DNA of 64,000 bases, taken from assembly GCA_001662655.1 (NCBI GenBank), contig KV460257.1; one strand, 5' to 3'. Below the pieces are notes generated by a model that saw only the letters and a program-made list of their open reading frames with translations, did not search any database and had not been told where the DNA came from. The position numbers and the translations under genes were made by a program. Below, in pieces: positions 38,732-51,323 of this stretch. This DNA is from Pseudogymnoascus verrucosus. Lineage: Eukaryota. Positions within the stretch are counted from its first letter, which is position 1; every line of letters starts with the position of its first letter.

Positions 38732-40078
38732 TTAAGCAGCAACGCTGAAAGTGCTCAACAAGCTCCCCGTCACCGAGTTGAGGAAGGTGGTGACCTGGTC
38801 CGAGGTCAAGCTGGCAGGGAAGGTAGCGTCATCGCTCAGCTTCTGGATGTTGGCAGTTCCATCAGCACCATTGAAGATGACAGCCAACTTCATGGTTCCG
38901 CTGGTAGGGCGAGCGAAGTAATCCGAGCTTCCACCAGGAGCGTTGGTGTGCAGAGTAGACTTGCACCTGTTATCGCCCGACATCAAGACCTCAGCAATAT
39001 CAAACTCTCCGCATCCAGTAGTCCAGCACGAGCAGCTCGCCTCACCGTACTGGAGGGTACGGGGAATCTGCGCATTGAGCATCCAGACGGCGGGCATATC
39101 AGCGTTGAAACCCGAGGACCCATCGGCGGGCATGCCGAACTCGAGGAGGAAGACCTTATCCGCGCCATCGAAGCCGTGGTACGCGACGGAGCCCGGGCGC
39201 GTGTAGCCGCAGCTGTCACCCTCAACGCACTCGTTGTCGGTGAAGATGGCGAATTCCTTGTTGCTGCCGATCAGGGCGTCGGCGAGGACGGAGGCGGAGG
39301 CGGCGCCGCCGGTGCCGGCGGAGTTGAGGTAGGAGAGCGAGTTGCCGAAGACGTTGTCGAAGACGCCGGATCCCGAACCGCCGTAGTTGCCCAGGAAGGT
39401 CAGGCCGTCCAGGGTCTGCGATGCGGCGTCGTAGTATCCGCTGCGCGTGTAGGCGGCGTTGGGGTCAGCGGCCTGCTTCTGCTTGACGGCTGCGACGACG
39501 GGGGCGCCGGCTGCTGCGGCGGAGGAGGCGACCTCAGGGGTGGGGACGGCGGCTGCGGCGGCGTTGACAACAGCGGCGACGGGGGCGTCAGTGGCCTTTG
39601 CGCCGCCGGGGCCGAAGTAGTTGTTCTCCCAGGTCTGGACGACGCCGTCGATGGTTGCGGTGACGATGTCAGCGCGCTTCTCGACGGTCTCCTTCAGGGC
39701 GCGCGCGTGGAAGGCCTTGTGGCCGTGGCGGCTGTGGGAGTGGGTGTCGCGCTTCTTGGAGGAACCGGAGGTCTTGGTGTAGACGGCGACCTGCTTGAGG
39801 GTGATGGGGCCACGGAAGTGGAGGGAGACCTCCTCGTCGAGGGGGGCGAGGGAGCCGGAGTAGGAGACGGGGGTTGTGGCGCACTTGCCGTCGGAACCCA
39901 TGGAGGTCACCTTGTTGTAGGCGCCGGCGTGGCCGACGTTGGAGTACTGGATGGCGTCGACGAGCTGGCAGAAGTAGTTGCCGCCGTCGAGGGTGGAGCC
40001 GGAGGCGCACTGGTCGGCGACGGCGGAGGAGGCAGCGAAGGCCAGGATGAGAGAGGCGATGCGCATGGTGAAATGCAT
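38732..40078 (-). CDS. TOS1/PGA52-like secreted cell-wall protein (DUF2403 + DUF2401, glucanase-like)
   Basis: Signal peptide; GSLAPLDEEVSLHFRGPITLKQ; KR sites with a His-rich linker; DMPAVWMLNAQIPRTLQYG; CSCWTTGCGEFDI. Confidence 0.9.
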   Translation of the reverse strand: MHFTMRIASLILAFAASSAVADQCASGSTLDGGNYFCQLVDAIQYSNVGHAGAYNKVTSMGSDGKCATTPVSYSGSLAPLDEEVSLHFRGPITLKQVAVYTKTSGSSKKRDTHSHSRHGHKAFHARALKETVEKRADIVTATIDGVVQTWENNYFGPGGAKATDAPVAAVVNAAAAAVPTPEVASSAAAAGAPVVAAVKQKQAADPNAAYTRSGYYDAASQTLDGLTFLGNYGGSGSGVFDNVFGNSLSYLNSAGTGGAASASVLADALIGSNKEFAIFTDNECVEGDSCGYTRPGSVAYHGFDGADKVFLLEFGMPADGSSGFNADMPAVWMLNAQIPRTLQYGEASCSCWTTGCGEFDIAEVLMSGDNRCKSTLHTNAPGGSSDYFARPTSGTMKLAVIFNGADGTANIQKLSDDATFPASLTSDQVTTFLNSVTGSLLSTFSVAA

Positions 40079-43000
40079 TTTGAGATGTGGTTTAGGGGTA
40101 GTTGTTTTCGTGATATAGGATTGATTGATCGTTAAATTTCGTGGGTGGTAAGGAGTGTGGATTTGGAACTTGTGCTTCGTCCAGCGGGATTTGTCTTATT
40201 GCTTCAAATGAGTGAATATCAGTTGGCGGTCTCGTTTCGCAACTTTTTGAATCCTTTGTTTCCGTAGAGGTGATGAAAGGTGAAGAAGGGAAGTGGACTG
40301 GGGGGGGTTGGGGAGGGTAGTATTTAAAGACAGTCCTTACTCAAGTGGAAAGTGGCATTGTAGGTGCAGTGTGGTGTGGATGAGTGGTTCGTGTTGGCTT
40401 GTGTGGGTGGTCCTTGTGTCCTTGGGATCATAGACCATGTAACCTTAGCAAACTGACTCTGGACCGTGCAAGGGCATGGGTATGGGTATGGGTGAAATGG
40501 CTGAATGGGTAGAATGAGTGACGGTGGAAGGGGCTGGACGGTCGAGATGGTCGAGATGAGCGCGATGGGCGGTGATGGGCCAGATTAGCAGTTCGTGCAA
40601 GATTAAACGGGAGATTAGTGTAGGAGTGGTGTTTAAGTGGGTCTGTGCCTGAGTAGGATGGGCTGTGATTGGAGGGGAAGCGAAAGAGAGGGCGACCCTG
40701 AAACATGGATAGCGTGGGTGAAATGAGCGAGTTACTTTGTCAAATGTGAGTAAGCAAAGTACTAGTTGTATGCATTACAGTGTGCATTATGCACTGTGAG
40801 TTGTGTGGAAAGTACAAGAAAAGGAACTTCCGTGAGTGGTCGGGGTGTTTGACCAGGTGTCGACCGGGTGTGGGTATTGAAGAGGTTTAGTGCATGTGTT
40901 AGTGCATGGTAGTGCATGTTAGCGTCAGGTACGCGTCAGGTACGCGTGAGGCATGGTGCCAAGGTTGAACAAGGGGGGATGGGAGGGAGGTGAGTGAGAT
41001 GGATGGGATTGGATGGGATGGGGGGAATTTGGATAGGATGGGCGGTATACAGGCCCTGCGCGTACGAATGATTGTCGTTGATCCCCAGCGAATCACAACT
41101 ACATCTAGCAAGTGTAATCAAGCTGTAATTTAGTCTTGTACGAAGCCCTGTTCAAAGCAGGTGATACAGAGAAACAAGATATGAGCATCAACAGGTGCAG
41201 TATTAAATACGAGAACTAGTCGACATAGGGCATGGTGTGGGATCGAGGGATCATCAAGGGATCCATGGGGGAGGAATGAGAGGCATGAACAGTGAATAGT
41301 GAGGAATCAGTATCAAAGGAAGCGTACAGTCAGCAAAGTACTCAATCAGTACCCTCTATAAAAAAAGTGCTTCCTTCATCCTTCATCCTTTGTTGCAAGT
41401 GGTAGAGATCAAAGAAGTGGAGAGGCGGGACATTCCATACTCTAACCCTATACTGAGCATACTCGAGAGTAGTGCAAGTGGACTGGTTCATGTCCATCAC
41501 CGCCCATCCATATAAACCGATCTCAACCAACCTCAACCACTGACCACTGCCAACCACCATATAACCTCCCGTACCAAGGGTCTACCTTACCATATAACCA
41601 TACTGACAAGTCCTCTGGGTCTTCTTACTCGAGGGAAAATTCTTCTTTGTTCTAGTCTAGAAGCTTCTTTCTACCCTTTGACAGCATGGCATGGTCAGTG
41701 TTTCTTTGGTCTATCCGTCTGGTCCGGACGACTGACAACTGACATGTAAAGACTGGTACTGCTGACTGGCGGCTACTGACTGGCAATGCTGCTGTCGACC
41801 ACACTGATACCGGTGACTGACTGGCCACTGACTGGCAATTGGGACTAGCAATTGGGACTGACAATGCTCCTGTCAACCACACCCCGTACAGCTGACTGGT
41901 TAGTGACTGGCAATTGCGACTGATACTCCTAACTGGCCACCACTGACTGACCATGCCATGCCGTCGTCGTCTACCGCCAACCACGCAACTCACTCCACGG
42001 ATAATTCCGCGAATACCCTCACTCACTCCACGACCACGCCACGACCACGACCACGACCACGTCTCCCACGACAACGGTACATTCAACCAACCCCCCTCCC
42101 CTCCTAAAAAACTCACTCACTCACGAAAAACTCACTACTGCAAAGAAAAGAAGAAATTTTCGGTTTTTAACCATGCATGCATGCACCTCAAACATCCCCC
42201 CTCCCCACAACCGCACAATCACCACGCCCTACCAGCCACCCATCCAACTCCCACTCCCAGTAAGACACCAAGGGTCCCCCCCCGTGCCGCGCGGCACACA
42301 AAACTCCACCCCCTCCACCCAACCCGCGCGTCCACTTCATAGCCAGCCCCGTCAGTCGACTCCATCGCGATGGCGTCGATTGGAGAGGAGTGAAGCGTGC
42401 GGTTGTTTCATGTCTTTTGTTCTGGTCCACAAGTTCTATCCACCGAGTCCACAACTTCTATCTCTTCCACCAGCGAAGTTTGATCCCACACCACCACCAC
42501 TGCCACGAGCACCCACTACCAGCGCATCGATCAATCACTGCCAGCGAGAGAGTCCACACCACCACCACTACCAGCGCATCAATCAATCACTCAGTGCCAG
42601 CGAGGGAGCGCCTCGGCCCATTCCACTGTGCTGGCAGTACTGTACTCGCACTTGCTGTACTCGCACTTACTGTACTTACTTACACTGTCAGATGTACGTA
42701 CAGTTGGAAGTACAGTAGCATCCCATCCCCCCTCGTATCTTCGTGTAAACCCTGTGCTGTGCTGTGCTGTTCGCGTCTACCTTGCACACCCCTCGTGTCC
42801 CTCACTTCTATCACTTCCATCCAGCACACTCAACTCACGCACTCACTTCCCCCCCCTCCTCCCCCTACCCCCAACCCCCAGCTAACAGTGCGATAAGCCG
42901 ACCGATACTCCGCAAGCACCGCCCAACTAAGTACGTGGACGCCTGCGGTCCATCTCACTCAATACCCACAACCCCACACCACGACGACGCCTCCATTCCC

Positions 43001-45420
43001 ATCCCACTCCCACTCTCCACCCACGAAGAAGAAGCCGATCCACCCACGAAACAAACAACCACCGGATCCACTTCGGCAGTAAAAGGCGGTTGCCAAGTTT
43101 ACTGCCAAGACAGGCGTGAGCGCCCAGAAGTGGTGTGTGTGTGTGTGTGTGTGTCTGGACTTTTGGGGTGGTGGTGGTAGTGGTGGTGAGTGCGTGCGCG
43201 AGCTGGTGGGTGAGAAAAGTAGGGCCGTGGAGTGGGCTCGGGTAATTGACCAGTCACGTCTCTCCAACCACGACCACCAAAGCGTTTCTCCGAAGTTACC
43301 GCGCACCATCGCCATACCACTGGCCAAAAAATGCATGACCTGACGGAAATGGCCTACCGGTTAATTATAGTGCGGAATACACATCACTACCCCAATAATT
43401 CTCAAGCGGCTTTAGCTCACTTGGGAGAGCGCCAGACTGAAGTTAACTTCGGTTCGATATCTGGAGGCACTGTGTTCGATCCACAGAAGCCGCAAACTTA
43501 CTGCGAATCGGGGATCACCTCGATTAACGAACACTTCTTTTTTTGCCATTTTTTTCTACTTTTGTATTATTTTTCGGGCGGGGTATGGGGGGGATGGGGA
43601 AGACGGGGAGTAAGTGAAGTGAGATAGTTTACCATGGGAAAGATAGATGGAGGGAAGGAAGTAATGAAGTCTATATACTATACTAAACACTCCCATGGAC
43701 ACAATTACCACCACCACCACCGCCGTCGCTGTAGCTTTTTTCCCCAAAAAAAATCCCCCGTGAAAAGGAACGCATTCCCCATCCCCATCCCACTCCCCCC
43801 TCCCCGCCGCGAAACGGGAGAAAACCAGAACCCGCCCCTGCAGCAGTATCAATCAACATATAAAAACAGCGCCCGTAGGCCGGTAGAACGCAATTAAGCA
43901 AGGAGGGAGTAGAACGCAATTGCCATAACCTAGGGGACTTGGTGGTGCGGGCGGGGGTGATGGGTGAGGGAGGGGGAGCGGCTGTTGGTGGGGTGGGTTT
44001 TGTTACTGTTGTTGTGTTCTCACCACCTCCTATTCTCACCACCGCCCATTCTCACCACTCCAATATCTCCTCACCTGCCTCTCTTCCCCCTCACCAGTCC
44101 ACGCAGCACCCGCTTTCTCACATCCATCTTCCTGTTCGACTGGGCATTGCTCCTCGCAGATAAGTCGTCGGATGCTGAGAAAGAAACTCGTAGCAAGGGC
44201 GTTTAGATTTCATGGCTGGCATACTACAAGTAGTTTAACAATAACAAAACCACGGATGTTCCTACTACCACACTATTATCAGTAAGTATCTACTACCATC
44301 TCATATTCCCTTTTGAGCCTCAACTTCCCCCTCCCCACCAACCACCTCCAACACCTTGCCCGTGCTCACAGATAGCACTTTCCTCTACCGTGCACACCCA
44401 TCCCTTCCCATCACGCAACGATCATCCCCTCCCCTTCCCTTCCCTCCTCCCAGCTAGATTGCGAGAGTCGGTACGTACAGAGACTAAGAAACAAGAAATA
44501 ACCCGCCCCGGCAAGAAATGGTGATCGGCGCGCTGATCGGGGATCGGCTTCGGTAGTGGGAGATGGTGGGAGATGGCGTGCTGGGACTAGACTGGGGGGT
44601 GAGGGCGGGAGGTACCGCGCCGTTGCCAAGGAAGGGGGTCTGGGTCTGGATCGTGAGAGGGGGATGGAGATGGGGAGATGGGGGAAGATGCAGATGGAGG
44701 TCGGGGGGGAGGTAGAGATAGAGACGTAAGACATAGAAGAGATGGCGATATCAAAAGGATGAATAGATAGGATCTCATCTCTCGATAACCCAGACCTCGC
44801 ACCATCAAAAGAAAAGAAAAAAATTATATAAGCACCACCCCATCCCACTCTCCATTCTTCTCGGACTTCCCTCCACAGGTCGGTCCCTTGCGGATAACCG
44901 AATCTTTTTGGTTTCAAACAAACTACGGGGAGAAGTTTGGGGGAACGTTGCGGTGGGATGGAGGGATGGGTTTGAGGGGGGGGCGCGGGGGGTGGATTGC
45001 GAGCGAGGGAAGGGGTGGGGCTGAAAATGGGAGATGGTGGTGAGAAGGTGGTGAGAATAGGGGACGGTGAGAATAGGATACGGTGAGAATAGGAGACGGT
45101 GAGACTAGGAGACGGTGAGAATAGGAGACGGTAAGAAGATAGTAGTAAAAACAAAAGAATTCCTCCTCCAATATCCACATCCACGCACCACCCGGTACTC
45201 ACATATCCCACAATCAACGAACAGATGCAACTCTCAGTTTTCCTCAAGTTATTTCAACCCCTTGCCTTGGTTCACCTCTACCGCCCGTCGACTGCTTTTA
45301 TAATCTGCTCCTCCTAGAGGGGTTCTAAAAAGAGGTTTTCTTTCAAGACTCGCGCGCTGGGTGGTTTAGGGACTGCTGTGGGGGGAGGGGCAGGGGGGTT
45401 TTCTAACATATCAAAACAGC

Positions 45421-45436
45421 AAAAAAAAAAAAAAAA
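45421..45436 (-). terminator. Oligo-T RNA polymerase III terminator of the 5S gene
   Basis: An A-run on + (T-run on -) lies immediately after the 5S 3' end. Confidence 0.75.
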
Positions 45437-45504
45437 ACATACAACAGTGGGTATTCGCTGGTGGTCACCCACCCAACTACTAATCCACCGATCTCAAGCT
45501 TGAA
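45437..45504 (-). rRNA. 5S rRNA gene, 3' half (interrupted)
   Basis: Reverse complement TTCAAGCTTGAGATCGGTGGATTAGTAGTTGGGTGGGTGACCACCAGCGAATACCCACTGTTGTATGT matches the 3' half of Pezizomycotina 5S. Confidence 0.93.
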
Positions 45505-45708
45505 GTGGATTGATACTCTGGACGGTGCCATTTGGACTAGCGGGTGAGCGTCGCCGCCCTTAAGTTTTTGATGCCTCACGATGATCCGGTTGTCCCCCTC
45601 AGCTACCTGATGGCGACCACGTCAACACGCACGAAGTGGGTCTCGTATTAAGACGCGATGAACGCGATGCACCGCGACTTTGGATGGCCATGGATAATCT
45701 GGTACCTG

Positions 45709-45766
45709 GGTGAACGAAGGTGAGCGGGGGTGAGCGAGGGTGAGCGAGGGTGAGCGAGGGTGAGCT
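45709..45766 (+). repeat. 10-bp tandem repeat (GGGTGAGCGA)n upstream of the captain
   Basis: About 5-6 copies visible directly, followed by TATAAAA at ~45776. Confidence 0.85.
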
Positions 45767-45863
45767 TGAAAATGGTATAAAAGGCACCCTCCCGCCATGT
45801 CTACATTCTGCAGTCTACCATCTACAACATTCTTCATTCAATTTCAAGGACTTCACTAGTACT

Positions 45864-48525
45864 ATGGGACGGAAAACCCTCTCTAAAGAAGGACAAGCTG
45901 CTCTAGCACAGTCGCGAGGCTGTTTTGAGGAGAAAACATCTAAAGAACAGAACGTATTAAGTTAAGTTGAACAACGTTATCTCTCTAGCGCTACTAAAGC
46001 TAAGCACGTAGACGTGGGGGAGTTATTCCAAAAGTATGTTAGACTTAATCACACTGTGTATAGTGCTAACAGAGATATTAGTTTTCTTGCTGCAAAGGGT
46101 ATACAGATTGAGTCAGTGCTACAACATAACAGGGCTCTGTATAAAAACTTTGTTAAATACTATGCTTTATCACGATATGGTCGAATTGAGGAACTTCTAA
46201 CAGTCCACAGTATTGTTAATATGTAGCACCGATATGTTAGCTATGCTCGCATTACAAAATCTAAGATTGACAAGAACATCTCTCGTAATGTTGCTAATGT
46301 ATGATCTACACGCCCCTATCGAGAATTAATTAACATTTATCTAGTATATTAAGGGTTCTTTAAAGGCTAAGATTGGTCTGAGCACAAAGAAACGTGACAA
46401 ATACTTAGTCACTAACAAAGACCTAACAGTATTAATAACACATCTGTGGTGTTATGATGATCATGACTATCTACAGGAGCGCTATAGAGTCTAGATATCT
46501 TTTGCTTTGATTTTCTTTGCTAATACTGGCGCAAGAGGTGGTGCCTGTGTAGAATCAAGTTGCTATAGGGGGACAAATGAAGCAATTGTTTATAAGGTAT
46601 GTCTCGAGTCTATATATAGAGCGCTACTTTACTAACTAATTAGGATTGCCGAGTTCATTTGTTGCGATGCGCCAATGGCAGTTTTACTCTTAAACTTGAA
46701 GTAGTTCAGCGATATTTAAAAGGAAGGCGTCATGATGAGAATGACAAGTACGTAAGTTCTTAGTAGTTATTGAGCAATGCTTACTAGACATAGCCTCGAA
46801 ATGGTCATGGAGTCAGTAGACGATTTGCAACATAACGGAGTAATGTTTTTTTTTGCTATAGCAATGGCTAATAATGCATTTAAATTCTACGACACTCTAG
46901 AAAAACTTTTGAAGGCTCGCTTGCCAGTAGGGAGAGATTCGTAGACTCTAGGATGGAAAGAAGAAGCCCTTGACCGTCCTGTACTTCGGATGGCATCTTT
47001 AAATGGCGTACACGAAAGTAGGGCACTGACCTTTGCAACTCTCTAAGATCAAATCGTCTCTCTTGGAAAACGTGCTAGCTATAGGGACACTGTGAAGATC
47101 CATGCAATTTGCGCTAGGGTTGCAAATAAGATTAAAGGTAAGCTTAATCTATACAATACCTAGAGTCTTCTAATTGTGCTAAGATCCATAGGTACGAAAA
47201 CAGGTTCTAGGTTAGAAAAGCGATGCTGTATATAATGAATACTACAGATCAAAGCTTGTAAAAGAAGATATATTTTCTTTGTACTCTAACAAAGATAAAT
47301 CTATAGAAACTACTAAGCACATCGAGGTGTTATGCAGCATAGGTCATCAACGTAACGAGAACGCCCCTAGAGACCTTACTCGCAAAGAGAAAGATGAGCT
47401 TCATTAAAGCGCTAAAGTCTAAGAGCTCAATATGCACATTAAGGAGGCGACGGCAAAGATGCCTCTAAATCCGGACAAAGGCTCAGCCTAGTTCAAAGAG
47501 CGACAGAAGCTATACACTCAAAAAAGTATGCTATACCGATCAGCTCGCGCATCAAATAGAGAGAAGTGGTTCTCTAGTAGTTTCGATGAAGAGGCTCAAA
47601 GGCAATTGGAACAAGAGGATGATGAAACTTTACCAAAACTAAGAGGCACATTTCCTTTGACCCACCACCTTATGCTAGAACGCGATCGTATTGCTAATAC
47701 ATTGTTTGTTGCCAAAGGCCTACAAAGCAAAGCAGGGCAAGCTGTTTTACAAGATGTCTACAGCTTATGCAGTAATGATAACCAAGTGGCATATCGACCT
47801 AATGAATGGCCTGTTAATGGAGCATGCCCTTCTAACAACTATCCGAAGGTTATTGCAGAGTAAGCATAAAATGCAATTCCAAGTTAATCAAAGCTAACTG
47901 ATTTAGGTTGAGTCTTCCCATACACTCAAAGCACATACATAATTGCCGCTAACGCGAGCAGCGAGATACCCTGAGTCAACAGCCTAGCTCCTACTCCCGC
48001 CAGCTTCGGAACCAAAAGCTCCCATTTGCAGAGTACTGCTATGCATGTTGCAAATGGAGCCACAGTAAGGATAACTGGAGCAATCATTGCAAATGGCATC
48101 TTGAAAATCTAACAATAAGATGCGGGCTCCTTACTTTTCGCTATACGCTTGCAATCGCAGGTTACTGTCCATTCTGTATAGCCGATGAGAGCCTTCTTCC
48201 ATCACGAAGGATGCTGCAATGGATGACGAAGCCTACGCTAATCAATCATATTGACAAGCACCTTGAGACTAGCGCAAAAAAGGAATGTCCACATCCCTTA
48301 TGTTGCGTAGCACTCATGAACGCTTCAGACTCCTAGGCCCATTTTCAGGATGCTCACTGTATTGAAGAACCACGTTCAAACTGTGTCACTATGAAACGGA
48401 AGAGCGAAGATGACGAGGAAAATGTGCAAGACCCGAAGGGCGAGGCTTTGAGCTGTATGAGCAAGAAGGCAAAGGGTGAGCATGAGAGGGTAGAGGAGGA
48501 ATATGCGAGATCTACGACATCATAA
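45864..48525 (+). pseudogene. DUF3435 tyrosine recombinase (Starship captain) with C-terminal Cys/His zinc-finger-like region; RIP-inactivated
   Basis: Manual multi-exon translation: HLWCYDDHDYLQERYRV; FANTGARGGACVES (catalytic Arg motif); LGKRASYRDTVKIHAICARVANK (degenerate HxxR); QVLG*KSDAVYNEYY (catalytic Tyr region); YCYACCKW...HCKWHL...GYCPFC...CPHPLC...HFQDAH. Many TAA/TAG codons fall at Gln/Trp positions. Confidence 0.88.
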
Positions 48526-49923
48526 GATAAATAATACTATTGTTCTTTTTAAGTTGCGATTTAAACCGTGACTCAAATTGCGGGTGGTTGCTGTGGCTGA
48601 GTCCTTGTACGACGGTGGTGCTTGAACATTTCTAGACTCGGCATTAGATACATTCCGCGGGGTGGACCAAAACCAGTTAATATCAGGTGGGCAAAGGGCG
48701 ATAGGTCTTATTGACAGAAGCAACTAAGCGTGCTACGTTCAAGTCTGTTTGCTCCTGACTTCTCAAGTCACGACAGTCAATTCAAATCATATGCACACTC
48801 CCGCCTCGTTGCACAACCTCCTTACCTCCCGTCCTCACCATGGAAAACATAAGATACAACCTTTCCTCCCCATTTTCCTTCATGCTCACTCGAATTATTT
48901 ATTTGGTGTCACATCTCCGTCTCCTCCAGTGGTTGCTACTTATCACCATCGCCATTCTCACATTTCATCCACTGTGTCCTCTGCTCTCCACCACCACGAC
49001 AATGTCGCCGCAGCAGCAAAATAATGAAAATGGAGGAGTTAATAACTCAGGCAATGCAGGTTCTAGTATGGCGTATGTACATGTTTTCATATTTCCGACC
49101 CTCTTTTAAGTCGTGCAACAATATGATGCTGTTCTTTGCCTTATCACGTGACACACTTCTTCCAAATTGTAATTCTGGCCTGCAGAATCAGGCATATAAG
49201 GCACCCACATTCTGAGACGTGTAGTGTACGGGTGTAGTTTCGTACGGTAGAGTAGCCTACGGGCCACGGCATAAGTAAAGGCCGTGGCCCCATAGAATTC
49301 TACAAGTTTGGTTCGCGCTCGGAAATCACAAAATAACTGAGCCAAAACGCTGATGCAAACCACCGCCTCCAGATTCTCCTTAGCCATCCTCGCCGCGGGT
49401 CCTCTGGTGCCTCCGCATTACCCTCTCATCGAGTGGTCGACCAATGTCTCCAGAAGCGACAATCCCGTTACGGATTTTCTCTTCGAGTTTATCCCCGTCG
49501 AGAAATCCCAGAATAATCCAGGAAGTGCATGATTAGAATGCCAGTCGTTGAGAAGATTGGGCGGACTGCAGTTGTGGGGAGGCAGGAGGTGCCTGGAGTA
49601 CACTCACTAGCGTCAGCAACCTTGGGCCGGCCTGTGAAGGCGAACGCAGTCAGATATGATGGTGGGCAGATCATCAGCTGAGGGCCTATCGGACTATCAG
49701 TGGATCTAGGTTAGGCGGAAGTTAATGGAGCTCTCAGGAAAGCTCCTTTCGTAGAAATAGTTGACGAATTTGAAACTGAAGGATGGGCAGGGCTCTTCAA
49801 AATGGCGATTTACTGAAAAATAATAAAACTGCTTCATATTTGCACGAGCTGGAGGACACGAAATACTAATTGGTACATATCAAATAGCCCAAGGTGAGAG
49901 GTAGGGAATGAGCAAAGACGAAC

Positions 49924-50228
49924 AGCGATCTGCTGGCTACTACCCGATGATACCGGTGAACACGGCCCTCAATTTTCTGCTGGTCACCACCTGGTGATAC
50001 CAGATGTTGACCACACACCTCAATTTTATGGTGCAGTGCCACCACGCGTAAGCAAGCCACTATGGCCACATAAATATAACGTAGCGCTATGGCAGCAGTG
50101 AAATATGTAATTAGTTTATAATGAACTGCCCTCGAACTAGCAACTAGGAAAGGGCCAAATGGCGAACTGAGTGCAGGGAGAAGTTAGCCAGTCACATTCG
50201 TAAGTGTACTCGGTACATAATAAGCCAT
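49924..50228 (+). repeat. Left arm of an internal inverted repeat (partner 53504-53758)
   Basis: Collinear with the reverse complement of 53504-53758 (for example GGTGATACCAGATGTTGACCACACACCTCAATTTT and GGGCCAAATGGCGAACT.AGTGCAGGGAGAAGTTAGCCA). The left copy has an extra ~50-bp tandem duplication. Confidence 0.9.
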
Positions 50229-51323
50229 GTCTAATTGTGTCATTTAGCCAGACTCCTAACTTAGGCTTTCTATTCTCTTAATTAGTGTCAAGCTCATAAC
50301 AAAACTAGAGGACCTGTATTAATAGAGTATTTTAACACCTGTAAGGGCTCTATTGTTTAATAAACAACTAAGCAAGCACTCGACTAGGGCCTATATCGAC
50401 CTATGTAGTAGAGTAGGAGTACATTTTAAGGCTGTGCTAGCAGAAGGCGCTGCATACTATAAACAAGAAACGCGACTCGTTACAACAAGCACAGCTTCTA
50501 ACGTACTAGAGAAGAGCAGAGAACATCCTTCTAGCGATATAATTACCTTTCAACTTAACGCTAAAGAATAGCGTGAGAAATTTAATGCAGAAGTGGCTAT
50601 AAGAGAGGCTCTAGAGATCGAGATGATAGGAATTAAAGGAGAGAATGCGGAACTGCTGACTGAGATGAAAGCCCTTCGCGAAGAAGAAGCAACGTGGATC
50701 CAAGAACATAAAAAAGCACGGGAGGTTCTGCTGATAACATCGCGCATACTTTAAGAACGAGCATTAAAGGCATCTGAAGACTCATAGAGGGTTACACACG
50801 CCGCAACTTCCCTAAAGCTGGGAAGCAACCCATGTATGTAGTTTCGTCCGAAATATATTCCTCAATGCATTCTGATCAAACAGCCGAAGTAGTAGGACCT
50901 GAATGATACCGCTGGGGAAGCAAAGACGGTCAGGTGTATCCAGGATAGGTACATACATCGGTGTCTACGTGATGAGGCGAGATGCAGAGAAAAGTACGGG
51001 GGACGTGGGACGAGTATTGTCGCATTGTGAGGTGGCGAATGATTCCGGGGGTTTTTTAAGCTCCGTTGACGAACTGGAACATAAAAGGATTAGATGTTAC
51101 AGGGTCCATTCCATGCAGTTACAGCGCTGCTGTCAGATCAATCAGATCTTTTGAGGCTCGAGTCTGAATTGATTAATCTGTTAAAAATACCGAGTCTGAT
51201 TTGAATTGATTGGATTGACTGATATATTTGATTGTTAATGTAATCTGACAGCGGTCCTATGCCGTTATTGGGACACACTTTGAGAATTTACTTTCTTCTG
51301 TAATCAGTCTATCATATAATGTC

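Noticed and set aside
38948..40135. 395-aa plus-strand ORF
   Set aside because: Antisense shadow of the GC3-rich TOS1-like gene, with no independent motifs.
45039..45135. Short repeat arrays as a possible CRISPR
   Set aside because: Eukaryotic context, head-to-tail units without unique spacers and no cas genes.
44411..45247. 278-aa Pro/Ser-rich minus-strand ORF
   Set aside because: Arises from low-complexity purine-rich and 15-bp tandem repeats, with no coding signature.
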